A stretch of 64,000 bases of DNA from Terriglobia bacterium (GCA_965206645.1 CBDBKE010000004.1:96001-160000); one strand, 5' to 3'. Numbered from the stretch's first letter, positions 50,740-60,558 are shown. The notes: generated from the letters alone by a model not told the origin. Translations and numbers: made by a program.

Positions 50740-53031
50740 ATGGCCCACCAGCGGCGATTGCTGCTCGCCCTATCTACCCTCGCCATCTTGTATGCCGCTC
50801 TGAGCGGCCTGCGCACAGTGGGCGACTCGGACCTGGGGTGGCAACTGGCTACCGGCCGTTACGTCCTCTTACATAAACAAATTCCTTCCCACGACGTCCT
50901 TTCCTACACAGCTCGCGGTCGGGAGTGGATCTATCCGCCCTTTTCGGGGGTTCTCTTCTATGGGGCGCACTGGCTTGGAGGCTACGCGGCAATCTCCTGG
51001 CTGGCCGCGGCGGCGTGCGCGGGGACGGTGGCGATGCTGCTAGCTGCCGGTGGCCCCACCTCCGCAGCCCTGGTACGCGCCTCCCTTGCGGTGCTGGCCG
51101 TTCCCGTGGTGGCCTTTCGCACAGCTCCGCGGGCTGATTTGTTCAGTACCCTGCTGTTTGCTCCGCTCGTGGTTATCTTGTGGCGCCACCACCGCGACCG
51201 GCCTTCTCCCCTGTGGCTGCTGCCGCTGCTGCTGTGCCTGTGGGCCAACCTACACCTGGGATTTGTCGCGGGAGTGGCGTTGTTGGCCGCCTACGTAGTG
51301 GTGGAGCTTCTGGAGCTGCCATTCCCGGAGAAGCGCGCCCAGGCCTCGGCTCGCCTGCGGCGCGCCGCTCCCTGGCTGGCCACGGCCGCACTGGCCACAC
51401 TGGTGAATCCGTGGGGGCCGCGTCTCTATGCGGCGTTGTTCCGGCAGAGCCGCCTGCTGGAGTCACTGGAAGGGCATGTCGGCGACTGGCTGGTGGTCCG
51501 AGTCTCCCGGGCAAGCCTGTCGGAACTGCTGGCCTGGCGGAACCCTGACAGCGCGTTCTGGTGGTTGCTGGTGGCGAGCGTGCTGGCTGCCGGCGTGGCG
51601 CTGTGGCGTAGGTCACCGGGAGCAGCGCTCCTGTTGGCCGTCGCACTGTTCGGCTCCATGCGCTACCTGCGCTTACAGGCGCTATTTGCCATAGTGGTGG
51701 TTGTGGTCGGCGGGGAGCTCCTGGCTTCGTGGTCCTGGAAACCTAACTGGCTGGTGCGCCGACAGTGGCCGGCCGCGGCCGGCGTTCTGCTGGCGTTGGT
51801 GGCTCTGGGAGGCTTGGTTGGCGTGCGGGCCGCCGATCTGGTTTCCAACCGCCATTACCTCAGCGTGGTGGGTAACGTGGGTTTCGGCCCCGGCGTTTCC
51901 TGGTGGTACCCGGAGCGCGCTACCGCTTTTCTGCTGCGCGAGCGCCTGCCGGGCCGTATCCTGAACGACTTCAACCTGGGCGGCTATTTAACCTGGCGGC
52001 TGGGGCCGGACTACCCGGTGTCGCTGGACGGCCGCGCCGTGCCCTTTGGCGCGGAGCTGTTTTTCCAGCACAAGGCACTGTTATTGCAGCCACCCGATTC
52101 CCCGCAATGGCAGCAGCAGGCCGAGCGGTGGGGCGTCAACACTGTGATCCTGGCTGTGGCGCGCTATGCTGGGCTGGGCAATATCGCGTTGCGGCGCTTT
52201 TGCGAGAGTCAGACCTGGCGGCCAGTCTACTTGGATGAGGTGGCTGCGCTGTTCGTGCGTAACCGGCCTGAGAACGCGTTCTGGCTGGATCGTTTCCAGA
52301 TTGACTGCGCTAGCACGCAGTTTACGCCGCCCAAGCCGACCTCCAGGTTCGGTTCTCGAAACGCTGCCGAATTGTATAACTTCCATGCCAATGCTGGCTG
52401 GGTGCTGTTTGCCCTGGGGCGCAACCAGGAAGCCTTCGATGCCTTGGAGCGAGCCCATCGGATTTTCGCGGACGACCCACAGCTGCATCTGATGAAAGGC
52501 TCCGTTCTGCAGGCCAGCCACCGGATTCGCGAAGCGGAGCAGGAATACCGGGCGGCTCTGCGGCTCCGAGAAAGCGATCAAGGCTGGTACGCCGTCGGCC
52601 AGGCACAGGCGCTGCAGGGGCACTATCAAGAAGCGGAAGAAGCGATCCGCCGCGCCGCCCGTCATTCCGTGTTCGCACATGAGATGTACCGTGTCCTGGG
52701 CGAGGTGTACTTGTCCATGAAGCAGCCGCGGCAAGCCCTTCGGGCTTGGGAGGAGGCGGAGAAACGCAGCCCTTACCGCGGCCCGGCGGCGCCCCTGGGG
52801 CAGGCGTTTCGCGTGCAGGTAGCGGTCGGTCGGGCCCGCGCCTGGAGGAGCCTCGGAGACCTGGGCCGCGCTGTCTCTTTTCAGGAACAGGCGGTACAAT
52901 CGGTGCCGAAGGACCCGGCTGGGTGGCTTAACCTAGCGGAGCTGTATCAGGCCCAGGACCGCCAGCAGAGTGCGCAACAGGCACGCCAGCAAGCCCGGGA
53001 GCTGCAAACGGATCGGCTTCTGGCCCAATGA
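50740..53031 (+). CDS. Polytopic membrane protein with C-terminal TPRs, probable GT-C glycosyltransferase (second subfamily)
   Basis: GDSDLGWQLATGRY after TM1, PRADLFS, LWANLHLGF, VNPWG, GGYL, DGR, then TPRs. Confidence 0.75.
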   Translation: MAHQRRLLLALSTLAILYAALSGLRTVGDSDLGWQLATGRYVLLHKQIPSHDVLSYTARGREWIYPPFSGVLFYGAHWLGGYAAISWLAAAACAGTVAMLLAAGGPTSAALVRASLAVLAVPVVAFRTAPRADLFSTLLFAPLVVILWRHHRDRPSPLWLLPLLLCLWANLHLGFVAGVALLAAYVVVELLELPFPEKRAQASARLRRAAPWLATAALATLVNPWGPRLYAALFRQSRLLESLEGHVGDWLVVRVSRASLSELLAWRNPDSAFWWLLVASVLAAGVALWRRSPGAALLLAVALFGSMRYLRLQALFAIVVVVVGGELLASWSWKPNWLVRRQWPAAAGVLLALVALGGLVGVRAADLVSNRHYLSVVGNVGFGPGVSWWYPERATAFLLRERLPGRILNDFNLGGYLTWRLGPDYPVSLDGRAVPFGAELFFQHKALLLQPPDSPQWQQQAERWGVNTVILAVARYAGLGNIALRRFCESQTWRPVYLDEVAALFVRNRPENAFWLDRFQIDCASTQFTPPKPTSRFGSRNAAELYNFHANAGWVLFALGRNQEAFDALERAHRIFADDPQLHLMKGSVLQASHRIREAEQEYRAALRLRESDQGWYAVGQAQALQGHYQEAEEAIRRAARHSVFAHEMYRVLGEVYLSMKQPRQALRAWEEAEKRSPYRGPAAPLGQAFRVQVAVGRARAWRSLGDLGRAVSFQEQAVQSVPKDPAGWLNLAELYQAQDRQQSAQQARQQARELQTDRLLAQ

Positions 53032-53058
53032 AGTTCTTGTCAGAATAGGAATCGAGCA

Positions 53059-54015
53059 ATGGCAGGACCGGCGATCGAAATCGAGCAACTGACCAAGGAC
53101 TACCTGATCGGCTTCTGGCGGAAACGACCGCGCCGGGCGCTGGACGGGTTGACGCTGAGGGTCCAGGAGGGCGAGGTGTTCGGTTTTCTCGGTCCCAACG
53201 GTGCCGGCAAGACCACAACGTTGAAACTGCTGACAGGACTGATCTTCCCCACCTCAGGAGAGGCGCGCATTCTGGGGCACTCCATTGAAGACGTGAGCAT
53301 GCACCGCGACATCGGCTACCTGCCCGAGCAGCCGTATTTCTACGATTACTTGACGGCCCGGGAATTGCTCGACTACTTCGCGCGCTTCTTTGGCTACGGG
53401 GTGAAGGAGCGCCGGCGGCGCGTTGAGCAGTTCCTGGAATTGGTGGGGCTGGCATCGGCCGGCAACCTGCAACTTCGCCTTTTTTCCAAGGGAATGCTGC
53501 AACGGGTGGGACTGGCCCAGGCGATCCTGCACGACCCGCAGGTGCTGTTTCTGGACGAGCCGATGTCGAGTTTGGATCCGCTGGGCCGCCGCGAAGTTCG
53601 CGACATCATCCTCGAATTGAAGCGCCGGGGGCACACCGTCTTCTTTTCCACGCATATCCTGTCTGATGCGGAAATGCTGTGCGACCGCGTGGCCGTGCTG
53701 GTGAACGGGCGCTTGCAGGGGGTGGGCTCGCCCGAGGAAATCGTCTCCATCCAGGTGCACGGCCTGGAGATTCTGTTCGAGTTGCCGGCCGATGCCTCGC
53801 TGCCGCCGACTTTGGCTTCTCGGGCCACCCGGACAGGGGCCCGCTACCGCATCGAGGTACCCGAGGAGGAGTTTTACCCGACGCTGGAGCGGCTGGGCGC
53901 TTGCAGGGCCCGCATCCTCTCGGTGACCCAACTGAAACCGACGCTGGAAGATTTCTTCCTGCGCCTGGTCGGGCGGGAACAGGCGGCGCCGCCCGCCGTC
54001 GAAGTGGAGCGCTGA
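53059..54015 (+). CDS. ABC transporter ATP-binding protein (PilH-like)
   Basis: GPNGAGKTT, FSKGMLQR, LDEP, STHIL. Confidence 0.93.
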   Translation: MAGPAIEIEQLTKDYLIGFWRKRPRRALDGLTLRVQEGEVFGFLGPNGAGKTTTLKLLTGLIFPTSGEARILGHSIEDVSMHRDIGYLPEQPYFYDYLTARELLDYFARFFGYGVKERRRRVEQFLELVGLASAGNLQLRLFSKGMLQRVGLAQAILHDPQVLFLDEPMSSLDPLGRREVRDIILELKRRGHTVFFSTHILSDAEMLCDRVAVLVNGRLQGVGSPEEIVSIQVHGLEILFELPADASLPPTLASRATRTGARYRIEVPEEEFYPTLERLGACRARILSVTQLKPTLEDFFLRLVGREQAAPPAVEVER

Positions 54016-54017
54016 GC

Positions 54018-54791
54018 ATGTTGAGCTGGGTGGTTGCTGTCAATACCTTTCGCGAAGCGGTGCGCGACCGTGTGCTCTACAACCTGATCTTCTTCGCACT
54101 GCTGATGATTGCCGCCGCCGTGCTGGTGGGCCAGATCTCGATCGACATCGAGCGCCTCGTGATCGTCAACCTCGGGCTGACGTCCATCTCAGTGTTCGGC
54201 TTGTTGATGGCAGTGTTCATCGGGGTTGGGTTGGTCTACAAAGAGATCGACAAGTTCACTTTATACGCGTTGCTCTCCAAGCCCATCCGCCGCTGGGAAT
54301 TCCTGGTGGGTAAGTACGCCGGGCTGCTGCTAACCCTGACCGTCAATACGGCGCTCATGACTGTGGGACTGGCGGCAGCGCTGTTTTACGTCACGCGCGC
54401 GTTCCCGCGTAGCGACCTCTCCGTGCTGGTCGCCATCTACTTCATTTTGCTCAAGCTGGCGCTGGTAACGGCGCTGGCCCTGTTGTTTTCTTGCTTTTCG
54501 ACGCCGCTGCTGTCCACCTTGTTCACCCTCGGTGTGTACCTCACCGGGCTGTTTGCCCAGGACATCCGGACCTTCGGCGCCATGACCGAGAATCCCCTGT
54601 TGGAGAGGCTCACGGTAGTGCTGTACTACCTGCTGCCAAATTTCAGCAATTTCAATGTCATTGCCGCCGCCGCCTACGGACGGCCCATCCCGCTGTCGCT
54701 GGTCCTGCTGAATACGGGCTACGCCGCCCTGTACATCAGCGTGATGTTGCTGGCCGCTTCGGCGATCTTCTCCAGCCGCAACCTGAAGTGA
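54018..54791 (+). CDS. ABC transporter permease (PilI-like)
   Basis: NTFREAVRDRVLY, KEIDK.TLY.LLSKP, GKY; about six TMs; ATG at 54018. Confidence 0.88.
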   Translation: MLSWVVAVNTFREAVRDRVLYNLIFFALLMIAAAVLVGQISIDIERLVIVNLGLTSISVFGLLMAVFIGVGLVYKEIDKFTLYALLSKPIRRWEFLVGKYAGLLLTLTVNTALMTVGLAAALFYVTRAFPRSDLSVLVAIYFILLKLALVTALALLFSCFSTPLLSTLFTLGVYLTGLFAQDIRTFGAMTENPLLERLTVVLYYLLPNFSNFNVIAAAAYGRPIPLSLVLLNTGYAALYISVMLLAASAIFSSRNLK

Positions 54792-54792
54792 A

Positions 54793-55716
54793 ATGAGTAG
54801 TCGCGGGCGCACAGGACAAATCTGGATCGCCGTACTGGCCCTGCCGGTTCTGCTGGTGGCGGTGTATCCGCTTCAGGTGCGCATTGAGGAGCAGACACAG
54901 ACCGTGCAGCAGCAGAAGGAGGTGTTGCTTCTGCGTTCACGTGGGCTGCTGAAGAAGTTGAGTTTTGGTTACGACTCGCTGCTGTCGAACATCTATTGGA
55001 CGCGCGCCGTGCAGTACTACGGTGGTAAGCGGCGCGACCGGGATCCTAACTTCGAGCTGCTGGGGCCCCTGCTCGACTTGACCACCACGCTGGACCCACA
55101 CCTACTGGTTGCTTACAAGTTCGGCGCCATCTTCCTGGCGGAGCCGGCTCCCCGAGGTGCCGGGCGTCCTGACCTAGCAGTGGCCTTGATCCGCCGGGGC
55201 ATCGTAGCCAACCCCGAGGAATGGCGCCTGTGGCACGACCTTGGCTTTATCTACTACTGGGACATAAAGGACTACGAGAAAGCCTCCCAAGCCTACCGCC
55301 AGGGAAGCAAGCATCCCAAGGCCCGCGACTGGATGAGAGTGATGGCGGCCAAGATCGCCCAGGAGGGAGGCTCGCGGGAAACCTCGCGCTTCCTCTGGCG
55401 GGAAATCTACGAATCCACGAAGGACCCCAACATCCGCAAGAATGCCCTGGACCACCTGACTGGCTTGAAGGCGGAAGAGGATGTCGAACAACTGGAGAAG
55501 CTGGCGACGGACTTCAACAGTCGCTTTCGCCGGCTTCCGAGATCGGTGGCCGAAATGGTTGGGGCCGGAATGCTGCGGGGCCTGCCGATGGACCCGTCCG
55601 GCTACCCCTACATTCTGCGCCCGGACGGCAAGGTACACCTGCATCCTTCCAGCCCGGTAGTATCCGAGGTTCTCAGGCCGTTCCGGCCGAATTTACCCCC
55701 AAACGCCGGATTCTAG
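54793..55716 (+). CDS. TPR-containing membrane-anchored protein (PilG-like)
   Basis: N-terminal TM, GYDSLLSNIYWTRAVQYYG, TTLDP, LGFIYY, DPSGYPY; coupled to the ABC genes. Confidence 0.72.
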   Translation: MSSRGRTGQIWIAVLALPVLLVAVYPLQVRIEEQTQTVQQQKEVLLLRSRGLLKKLSFGYDSLLSNIYWTRAVQYYGGKRRDRDPNFELLGPLLDLTTTLDPHLLVAYKFGAIFLAEPAPRGAGRPDLAVALIRRGIVANPEEWRLWHDLGFIYYWDIKDYEKASQAYRQGSKHPKARDWMRVMAAKIAQEGGSRETSRFLWREIYESTKDPNIRKNALDHLTGLKAEEDVEQLEKLATDFNSRFRRLPRSVAEMVGAGMLRGLPMDPSGYPYILRPDGKVHLHPSSPVVSEVLRPFRPNLPPNAGF

Positions 55717-55857
55717 ATGCGCTCCTAAGACGCGCCCCTAAGGCTCGCCCCCGGCCACTTCAGATTCTGTCTCCGTTCTGCTGGTGTTACCTGCCGCCCG
55801 GGGGTCGCGAAACCCGCTGCCGGTTAATGAGATAATCAATCTGAACGATTGCCGAGG

Positions 55858-56505
55858 ATGGACCGTCCTAAACAAAGAGAGATGGTCACAGCGGGAGAGA
55901 CGCTGGCGGGGAGGGTGCCCTCAGGCGCCGTCGCCGAAGTTCGCCAGGCCACCGCCGTCTCTGTGACCGACTCCCCAGAGTGGTTTTCCGAGCTGGTTCG
56001 CTACCACCTGCGTCGCGTCTTTGCCTTGCTGTACCGGATGGTAGGCAACCGCGCTGATGCTCAGGATCTGGCCCAGGAGGTGTTTCTTAAGGCTTTCCAG
56101 CGTCGGCACCAGTTGCGTGACCCGGATCGGGCACTACCTTGGCTGTTGCGCATCGCGTCCAACACAGCCATTGACTTCCAGCGGGGGCGCGCCGCCGAGC
56201 GCCGGACTGAGCCGTGGAGCGAAGAACTTGAGCCCTCGTCACTGGCGCCTTCGCCCGAGCAGAAACTGGTTCGGCAGGAGCGGGAGCAGCGCCTACACGA
56301 AGCCCTCCGGGTGCTGAGTCCCAAAGAACGGGCCGCGATCGTGCTGCGCGACCTGGAGGACCTCAGCGGGGCTGAGGTAGCCCGCGTCCTGGGTTGTTCC
56401 CAGATTACCGTGCGCACCCACATTGCCAGCGCCCGAATCAAGCTGCGCCGTGTCCTTAAGAAAACTCAAGCTCGGGTGGCGCACCCAGCGAAGGAGATTT
56501 TGTGA
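55858..56505 (+). CDS. ECF RNA polymerase sigma factor
   Basis: DAQDLAQEVFLKAF, WLLRIASN, region 4 EVARVLG..TVRTHIASAR. Confidence 0.92.
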   Translation: MDRPKQREMVTAGETLAGRVPSGAVAEVRQATAVSVTDSPEWFSELVRYHLRRVFALLYRMVGNRADAQDLAQEVFLKAFQRRHQLRDPDRALPWLLRIASNTAIDFQRGRAAERRTEPWSEELEPSSLAPSPEQKLVRQEREQRLHEALRVLSPKERAAIVLRDLEDLSGAEVARVLGCSQITVRTHIASARIKLRRVLKKTQARVAHPAKEIL

Positions 56506-57044
56506 TCTGGCATCCTTCTGAATTTGATCTCGCCCTGGTGAATGCCGGCGATCTGCCGGGCTGGAAGCGCTACCTGGTAGAGCGTCACCTTCAGCGGTGC
56601 GCTGCTTGTTCGGAGCAGGCCCAGGGCTACGGAGAAGTTTCCCGCGAGCTACGGCGGCTCGGCCAAGGCATCCCGGAAACGCCCGAGTGGCTGGCGGCCA
56701 GAATTGTGGCCGGCCCGACGCACGCGTCGCGCCACGCTTTTGAGATACCACGCCCGTTGGCGCCGGCCGCGGCTTTGCTGGCGCTGATTTGCCTGGCGGT
56801 GTTGCTCATCGGACAACGGACGCCGCTGCCTCCCCGCCTCGACTACCAGGCATCCGCCAGCGCTGAGGCGATCGTGGGCGAGTTGAACGGTCCGCAGGGG
56901 CGCCAGCGCGTGGTGCTCTATACTGGGATGCGCCGCGGGCCGGTGGAAGTGTCGGCTGGCGCGGGGGTCCTCGGCATTTCCTACACCGACCCGGACACCG
57001 GCGCCCTAACCATTGCCCGCGTTTCACTGGAGGGCGCAAGGTGA
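56502..57044 (+). CDS. Zinc-finger anti-sigma factor
   Basis: HLQRCAAC (HxxxCxxC), a single TM, and GTGA overlap with the sigma gene. Confidence 0.85.
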   Translation: MIWHPSEFDLALVNAGDLPGWKRYLVERHLQRCAACSEQAQGYGEVSRELRRLGQGIPETPEWLAARIVAGPTHASRHAFEIPRPLAPAAALLALICLAVLLIGQRTPLPPRLDYQASASAEAIVGELNGPQGRQRVVLYTGMRRGPVEVSAGAGVLGISYTDPDTGALTIARVSLEGAR

Positions 57045-58345
57045 GCACCCGTTGCCGTCCCTGTTGCCGGTTTCGATTGGCCCGCTTCACGTGTGCCCTG
57101 CTAGTGCTGCTGCTGGCAGCACCGGCCGCGCTGCTGGCGCAACCAGGCCAGACCACCCGCTCGCCGTTCCAGCACCCGTCGCTCAGGCCGGCCGACATTG
57201 ACCCTCGCCGCTTCGTGCGGGTAGTTCTCCCAACGTCTGGGCCGCTGGAATTGGTTCACCTCGACTACGGCTCCAGTCGCATCACTCGCGGCGAGCAGGG
57301 CATGCTGATGGACTTGGACCTGCGCCTGACGGTGCGCAACCGCTCGTCTAAACCTATCGAAGGGCTGGCGCTGGCCCTGAGCTACGGTTTCAGCACGCCC
57401 GGCACGGGAGGGTTGAACGCCGTATCCGGGATTCGCTTGGCGCCCGGCGAAACCTACTCCGTCCCGGCACGGATGCGCGTGGAAATTGAGCTGCCTCCCC
57501 GCACCTCGCGGGCGCGTCCTGTGGACCTGCCCACCTCGGTGCGCATGCAGTTGGATTCCGTGCTGTTTGCCGATGGGTCCGCTTACGGCCCCGACCGAAT
57601 GCGGGTGCTCGGTACCATGCGGATTAACCAGGCCGAGTCTGCCCGCGACCGACGTTACCTGCAGGGGGAGTTCCAGAGGGCGGGATTTTCCCGCCTGATT
57701 CAGCTACTCGAGAAATGGGCCAGCCCGGCGGCCGGGCCCGGCCCCAGTTCGGCACAGGGGACTCCGCGGGTGTTGGCCGGAGCTGCAGCTGTGCGCGCCC
57801 GCAGGCTGGCGCGGAAGGCCAATTTCCGCGTCGTGCGCTTTGCCGACGCACCGCTGGAGATTGTGTGGGCGCGGGTCAGCGTCTATGAATCCGGCCCGGA
57901 ATCCGGCCCGAAATCCGGCTTGGTTGACCCCGAACTGGAGGTGCGCAACCGCGCTGGAACCGGGATTGTCGACTTCCAGGTTGGCTGGCTGTTGCAAGGC
58001 GCTTCGGGAACAGAGTCTCGTGTGACCACCATTTCCAGTTCTGGTTCTGGCTCCGGCAGAGCGTCAGCAAATCGCGTCCTCGTCTTGCCGCCGGGTGAGT
58101 CCTTCGAGTGGAGTGATTCGGTGGTACTGGAGACTGGCTCGGACGCCTCTGAGCCCCTCCTTTCCGGCCGTGTGTATTTGCGCGCTGTGCAACTTAGCGA
58201 TGGAAGGATCTGGGTTCCCGAGCGGTCTGCCTTGGAGGATGCCGGGCTGGGAAGCGTGCTGCCTCCTTCCCCGGAGATGATTCGCCTGTTGCGGTTCTAC
58301 CAGGCGCGCGGCCCCCAGGCTCTCAGCGCCGAGCTGCGGCAATAG
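57041..58345 (+). CDS. Secreted hypothetical protein with two repeated beta-rich domains
   Basis: Signal peptide (LLA-Q); repeats PLE..VRNR..L.PGE..V.F/L.DG; translationally coupled to the anti-sigma gene. Confidence 0.72.
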   Translation: MSTRCRPCCRFRLARFTCALLVLLLAAPAALLAQPGQTTRSPFQHPSLRPADIDPRRFVRVVLPTSGPLELVHLDYGSSRITRGEQGMLMDLDLRLTVRNRSSKPIEGLALALSYGFSTPGTGGLNAVSGIRLAPGETYSVPARMRVEIELPPRTSRARPVDLPTSVRMQLDSVLFADGSAYGPDRMRVLGTMRINQAESARDRRYLQGEFQRAGFSRLIQLLEKWASPAAGPGPSSAQGTPRVLAGAAAVRARRLARKANFRVVRFADAPLEIVWARVSVYESGPESGPKSGLVDPELEVRNRAGTGIVDFQVGWLLQGASGTESRVTTISSSGSGSGRASANRVLVLPPGESFEWSDSVVLETGSDASEPLLSGRVYLRAVQLSDGRIWVPERSALEDAGLGSVLPPSPEMIRLLRFYQARGPQALSAELRQ

Positions 58346-58400
58346 ACAGGCTTCCCTTCAACCGCTGTCCGCACTTCTGGTCCCCATTTTTCACTTTCCT

Positions 58401-58538
58401 AATTCGCCACAAAAGTTCAAGACCACTCGCTCACGCTCGTGGCTCGGAAGCGCGTTGAAAATACAGAGCCGCGCGCGTCAGCAAGCGGTCCCACAAGCGC
58501 ACAAACAGAGGCCACGTTTTTTCGGGACACGACACTAG
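58401..58538. repeat. REP doublet with IS-like right end TTTTTCGGGACACGACACTAG
   Basis: Near-identical to 20440-20550; the left terminal repeat is missing. Confidence 0.85.
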
Positions 58539-58627
58539 GTGCAACCTGCGGCTGCGGCACTGCGGCACCCGTTCTACAACAGATACGCGTGGGGGCTCGC
58601 TCCCATTGCTTGAGCCACTGCGCACGC

Positions 58628-59728
58628 TTACTGAAGAATCGGAAGGAAGGGGCGGTCAGCGATCTGTCGGTGGAAGGACTCGGCCCAGCGGCCCGGAACG
58701 GCGACAGAGCAAGTGGGGCAGCGGCCCTCCCGGGTCAGCCGGTAGTCACGGATGCGGTAGCCGTAACGCTCCACCAGCAGGTCGCCGCATGCCGGGCAAT
58801 AGGTGTTCTCCAGGGTGCCCACCCTCCCGGGCAGATTGCCGGCGTAGACGTAGCGCAGCCCGGCGCGCTTGCCGATCTGGGCGGCCCGAACCAGCGTCTG
58901 TGGCGGCGTGTCGTCCGGGTCCAGCATCTTGTAATCCTTGTGGAAAGCAGTGACGTGCCAGGGAATGTCGGGCGAGATGTCAGCTAGAAACTCGGCCATC
59001 CGGGTAAGTTCCTCATCCGAGTCATTGAAGCCGGGAATGACCAGGGTGACGATCTCCAGCCAGAAGCCCATCTGGTGAATGAGCCGGATGCTCTCCAGGA
59101 TCGGCTGCAGCCGCCCGCCCAGTTGGCGATAGTGGCGGTCATCGAAACTTTTCAGATCCACCTTGTAGAGGTCCACCCAGGGGCGGATGTATTCCAACAC
59201 CTGCGGGGTGGCGTTGCCGTTGGAGACAAAGCCGGTGAGCAGGCCAGCGGCGCGCGCCTCCTGGAAGACGGCCACAGCCCACTCGGCGGTGATCAGCGGC
59301 TCGTTGTAAGTGCTGACCACCGCGTCGCCTCCCATCTCGCGGGCAAGCTTCACCAATTGGGGCGGGCTGGTCAACTCAGGCGGCGCTACCGCACCGGGGT
59401 CGCGGATGGCCTGGGAAGTCACCCAGTTCTGGCAGTAGGAGCAGTGCAGGTCGCAGCCCAGCATGCCGAAGCTGAACGCCAGCGCGCCCGGCCGCACGTG
59501 GAAAAACGGCTTCTTCTCGATGGGATCGCACTGGATGCCGCCCACGTAGCCCCAGGGCACGTACAGTCGGCCGCCCCGGTTGAACCGCACCTTGCAGACT
59601 CCCGGCTGCCCCTCCGGAATGGGACACTGGTGGCCGCAGGCATAGCAGCGGATGCGGTTGCGCTCCAGTGGCTCCCACAAGACGCCTTCTCGCACGTGCT
59701 GGGCCAGGACTTCAGCCAGGGTGGACAT
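58628..59728 (-). CDS. amrS: AmmeMemoRadiSam system radical SAM enzyme
   Basis: CYACGHQC, DPIEKKPFFH, GCDLHCSYCQNW, YNEP, YVYAGN, TYCPAC. Confidence 0.9.
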   Translation of the reverse strand: MSTLAEVLAQHVREGVLWEPLERNRIRCYACGHQCPIPEGQPGVCKVRFNRGGRLYVPWGYVGGIQCDPIEKKPFFHVRPGALAFSFGMLGCDLHCSYCQNWVTSQAIRDPGAVAPPELTSPPQLVKLAREMGGDAVVSTYNEPLITAEWAVAVFQEARAAGLLTGFVSNGNATPQVLEYIRPWVDLYKVDLKSFDDRHYRQLGGRLQPILESIRLIHQMGFWLEIVTLVIPGFNDSDEELTRMAEFLADISPDIPWHVTAFHKDYKMLDPDDTPPQTLVRAAQIGKRAGLRYVYAGNLPGRVGTLENTYCPACGDLLVERYGYRIRDYRLTREGRCPTCSVAVPGRWAESFHRQIADRPFLPILQ

Positions 59729-59769
59729 CCCCTGTTCACCTCCACCTAATTATACCTCCGCGTCGGGGC

Positions 59770-60558
59770 TTAGGGGTTACTGGCGGAGTCTCCCGTGTCG
59801 GTGGGGGTCTGGCTCGGAGCTGGAAACAGCAGGTAGCCGGGATTCGGCGGGAAGGTCTCTGCCAGCAGCTCCAGGCGTCGGCGCAGGTAGCGCGAGGCCA
59901 GTTGCTGCGGGCCGGGATCTACATTGATGTCGCAACAGAGTCCGTGCAGAAACAGGGTGAGCGTGTCTTCGAGCGCCTGGCGTACGTAGCGGCGCATGAG
60001 CTTGGTGTTGCGGCCGGGAAGGTGCTGGCGCCGCTGCAACTGCAGCTTCAAGTGCAAGCTGGCTTCGTCCACCTCACCTCGGGTGCCGCGGTTCAGCTCA
60101 TCCAGAACCAGGGTAGAGAAACGGAAAAACTCTTCCTCACGGAGCGCGCCGCAGGCCAAGCCAGACACCATGCTGAACAGCTCGTGGTGGTAGTCCGCCA
60201 CGTCTTGCTGTTCAACGGCAAACAGCAGGAACATTTCCTCGCGCACGTCGAAGATCGTGCGGCGCAGCAAGCGCTGGTTGGGGGGCTTCTCGAAGGCGAC
60301 CAGGCCGGGGCTGCCGGCCGTTCCCTTCTCCAGATGCGGCACCAGCAGCAGCCGCAAGGGCACCAGCCGCTCCAGCAGCGCGGTCGGGATAGCTTCCGTT
60401 GGTTCTTGCAAAAACTGGCGCTGCTGCTCGGCGTCCAAAGAGACGGCCTGGAAACAACTCAGATGCGAGGTCAGGGGAACCAGGTGGCGGCGGCACTGCC
60501 CCGCAAACTCTTCCACGGCGATCCGGGTGATGCTGGTGCTCTGCGGAGTGTCGCCCAT
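59770..60558 (-). CDS. Conserved hypothetical protein
   Basis: 262 aa ORF with plausible composition (DTLTLFLHGLCCDINVDPGPQQL); no family recognised. Confidence 0.7.
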   Translation of the reverse strand: MGDTPQSTSITRIAVEEFAGQCRRHLVPLTSHLSCFQAVSLDAEQQRQFLQEPTEAIPTALLERLVPLRLLLVPHLEKGTAGSPGLVAFEKPPNQRLLRRTIFDVREEMFLLFAVEQQDVADYHHELFSMVSGLACGALREEEFFRFSTLVLDELNRGTRGEVDEASLHLKLQLQRRQHLPGRNTKLMRRYVRQALEDTLTLFLHGLCCDINVDPGPQQLASRYLRRRLELLAETFPPNPGYLLFPAPSQTPTDTGDSASNP

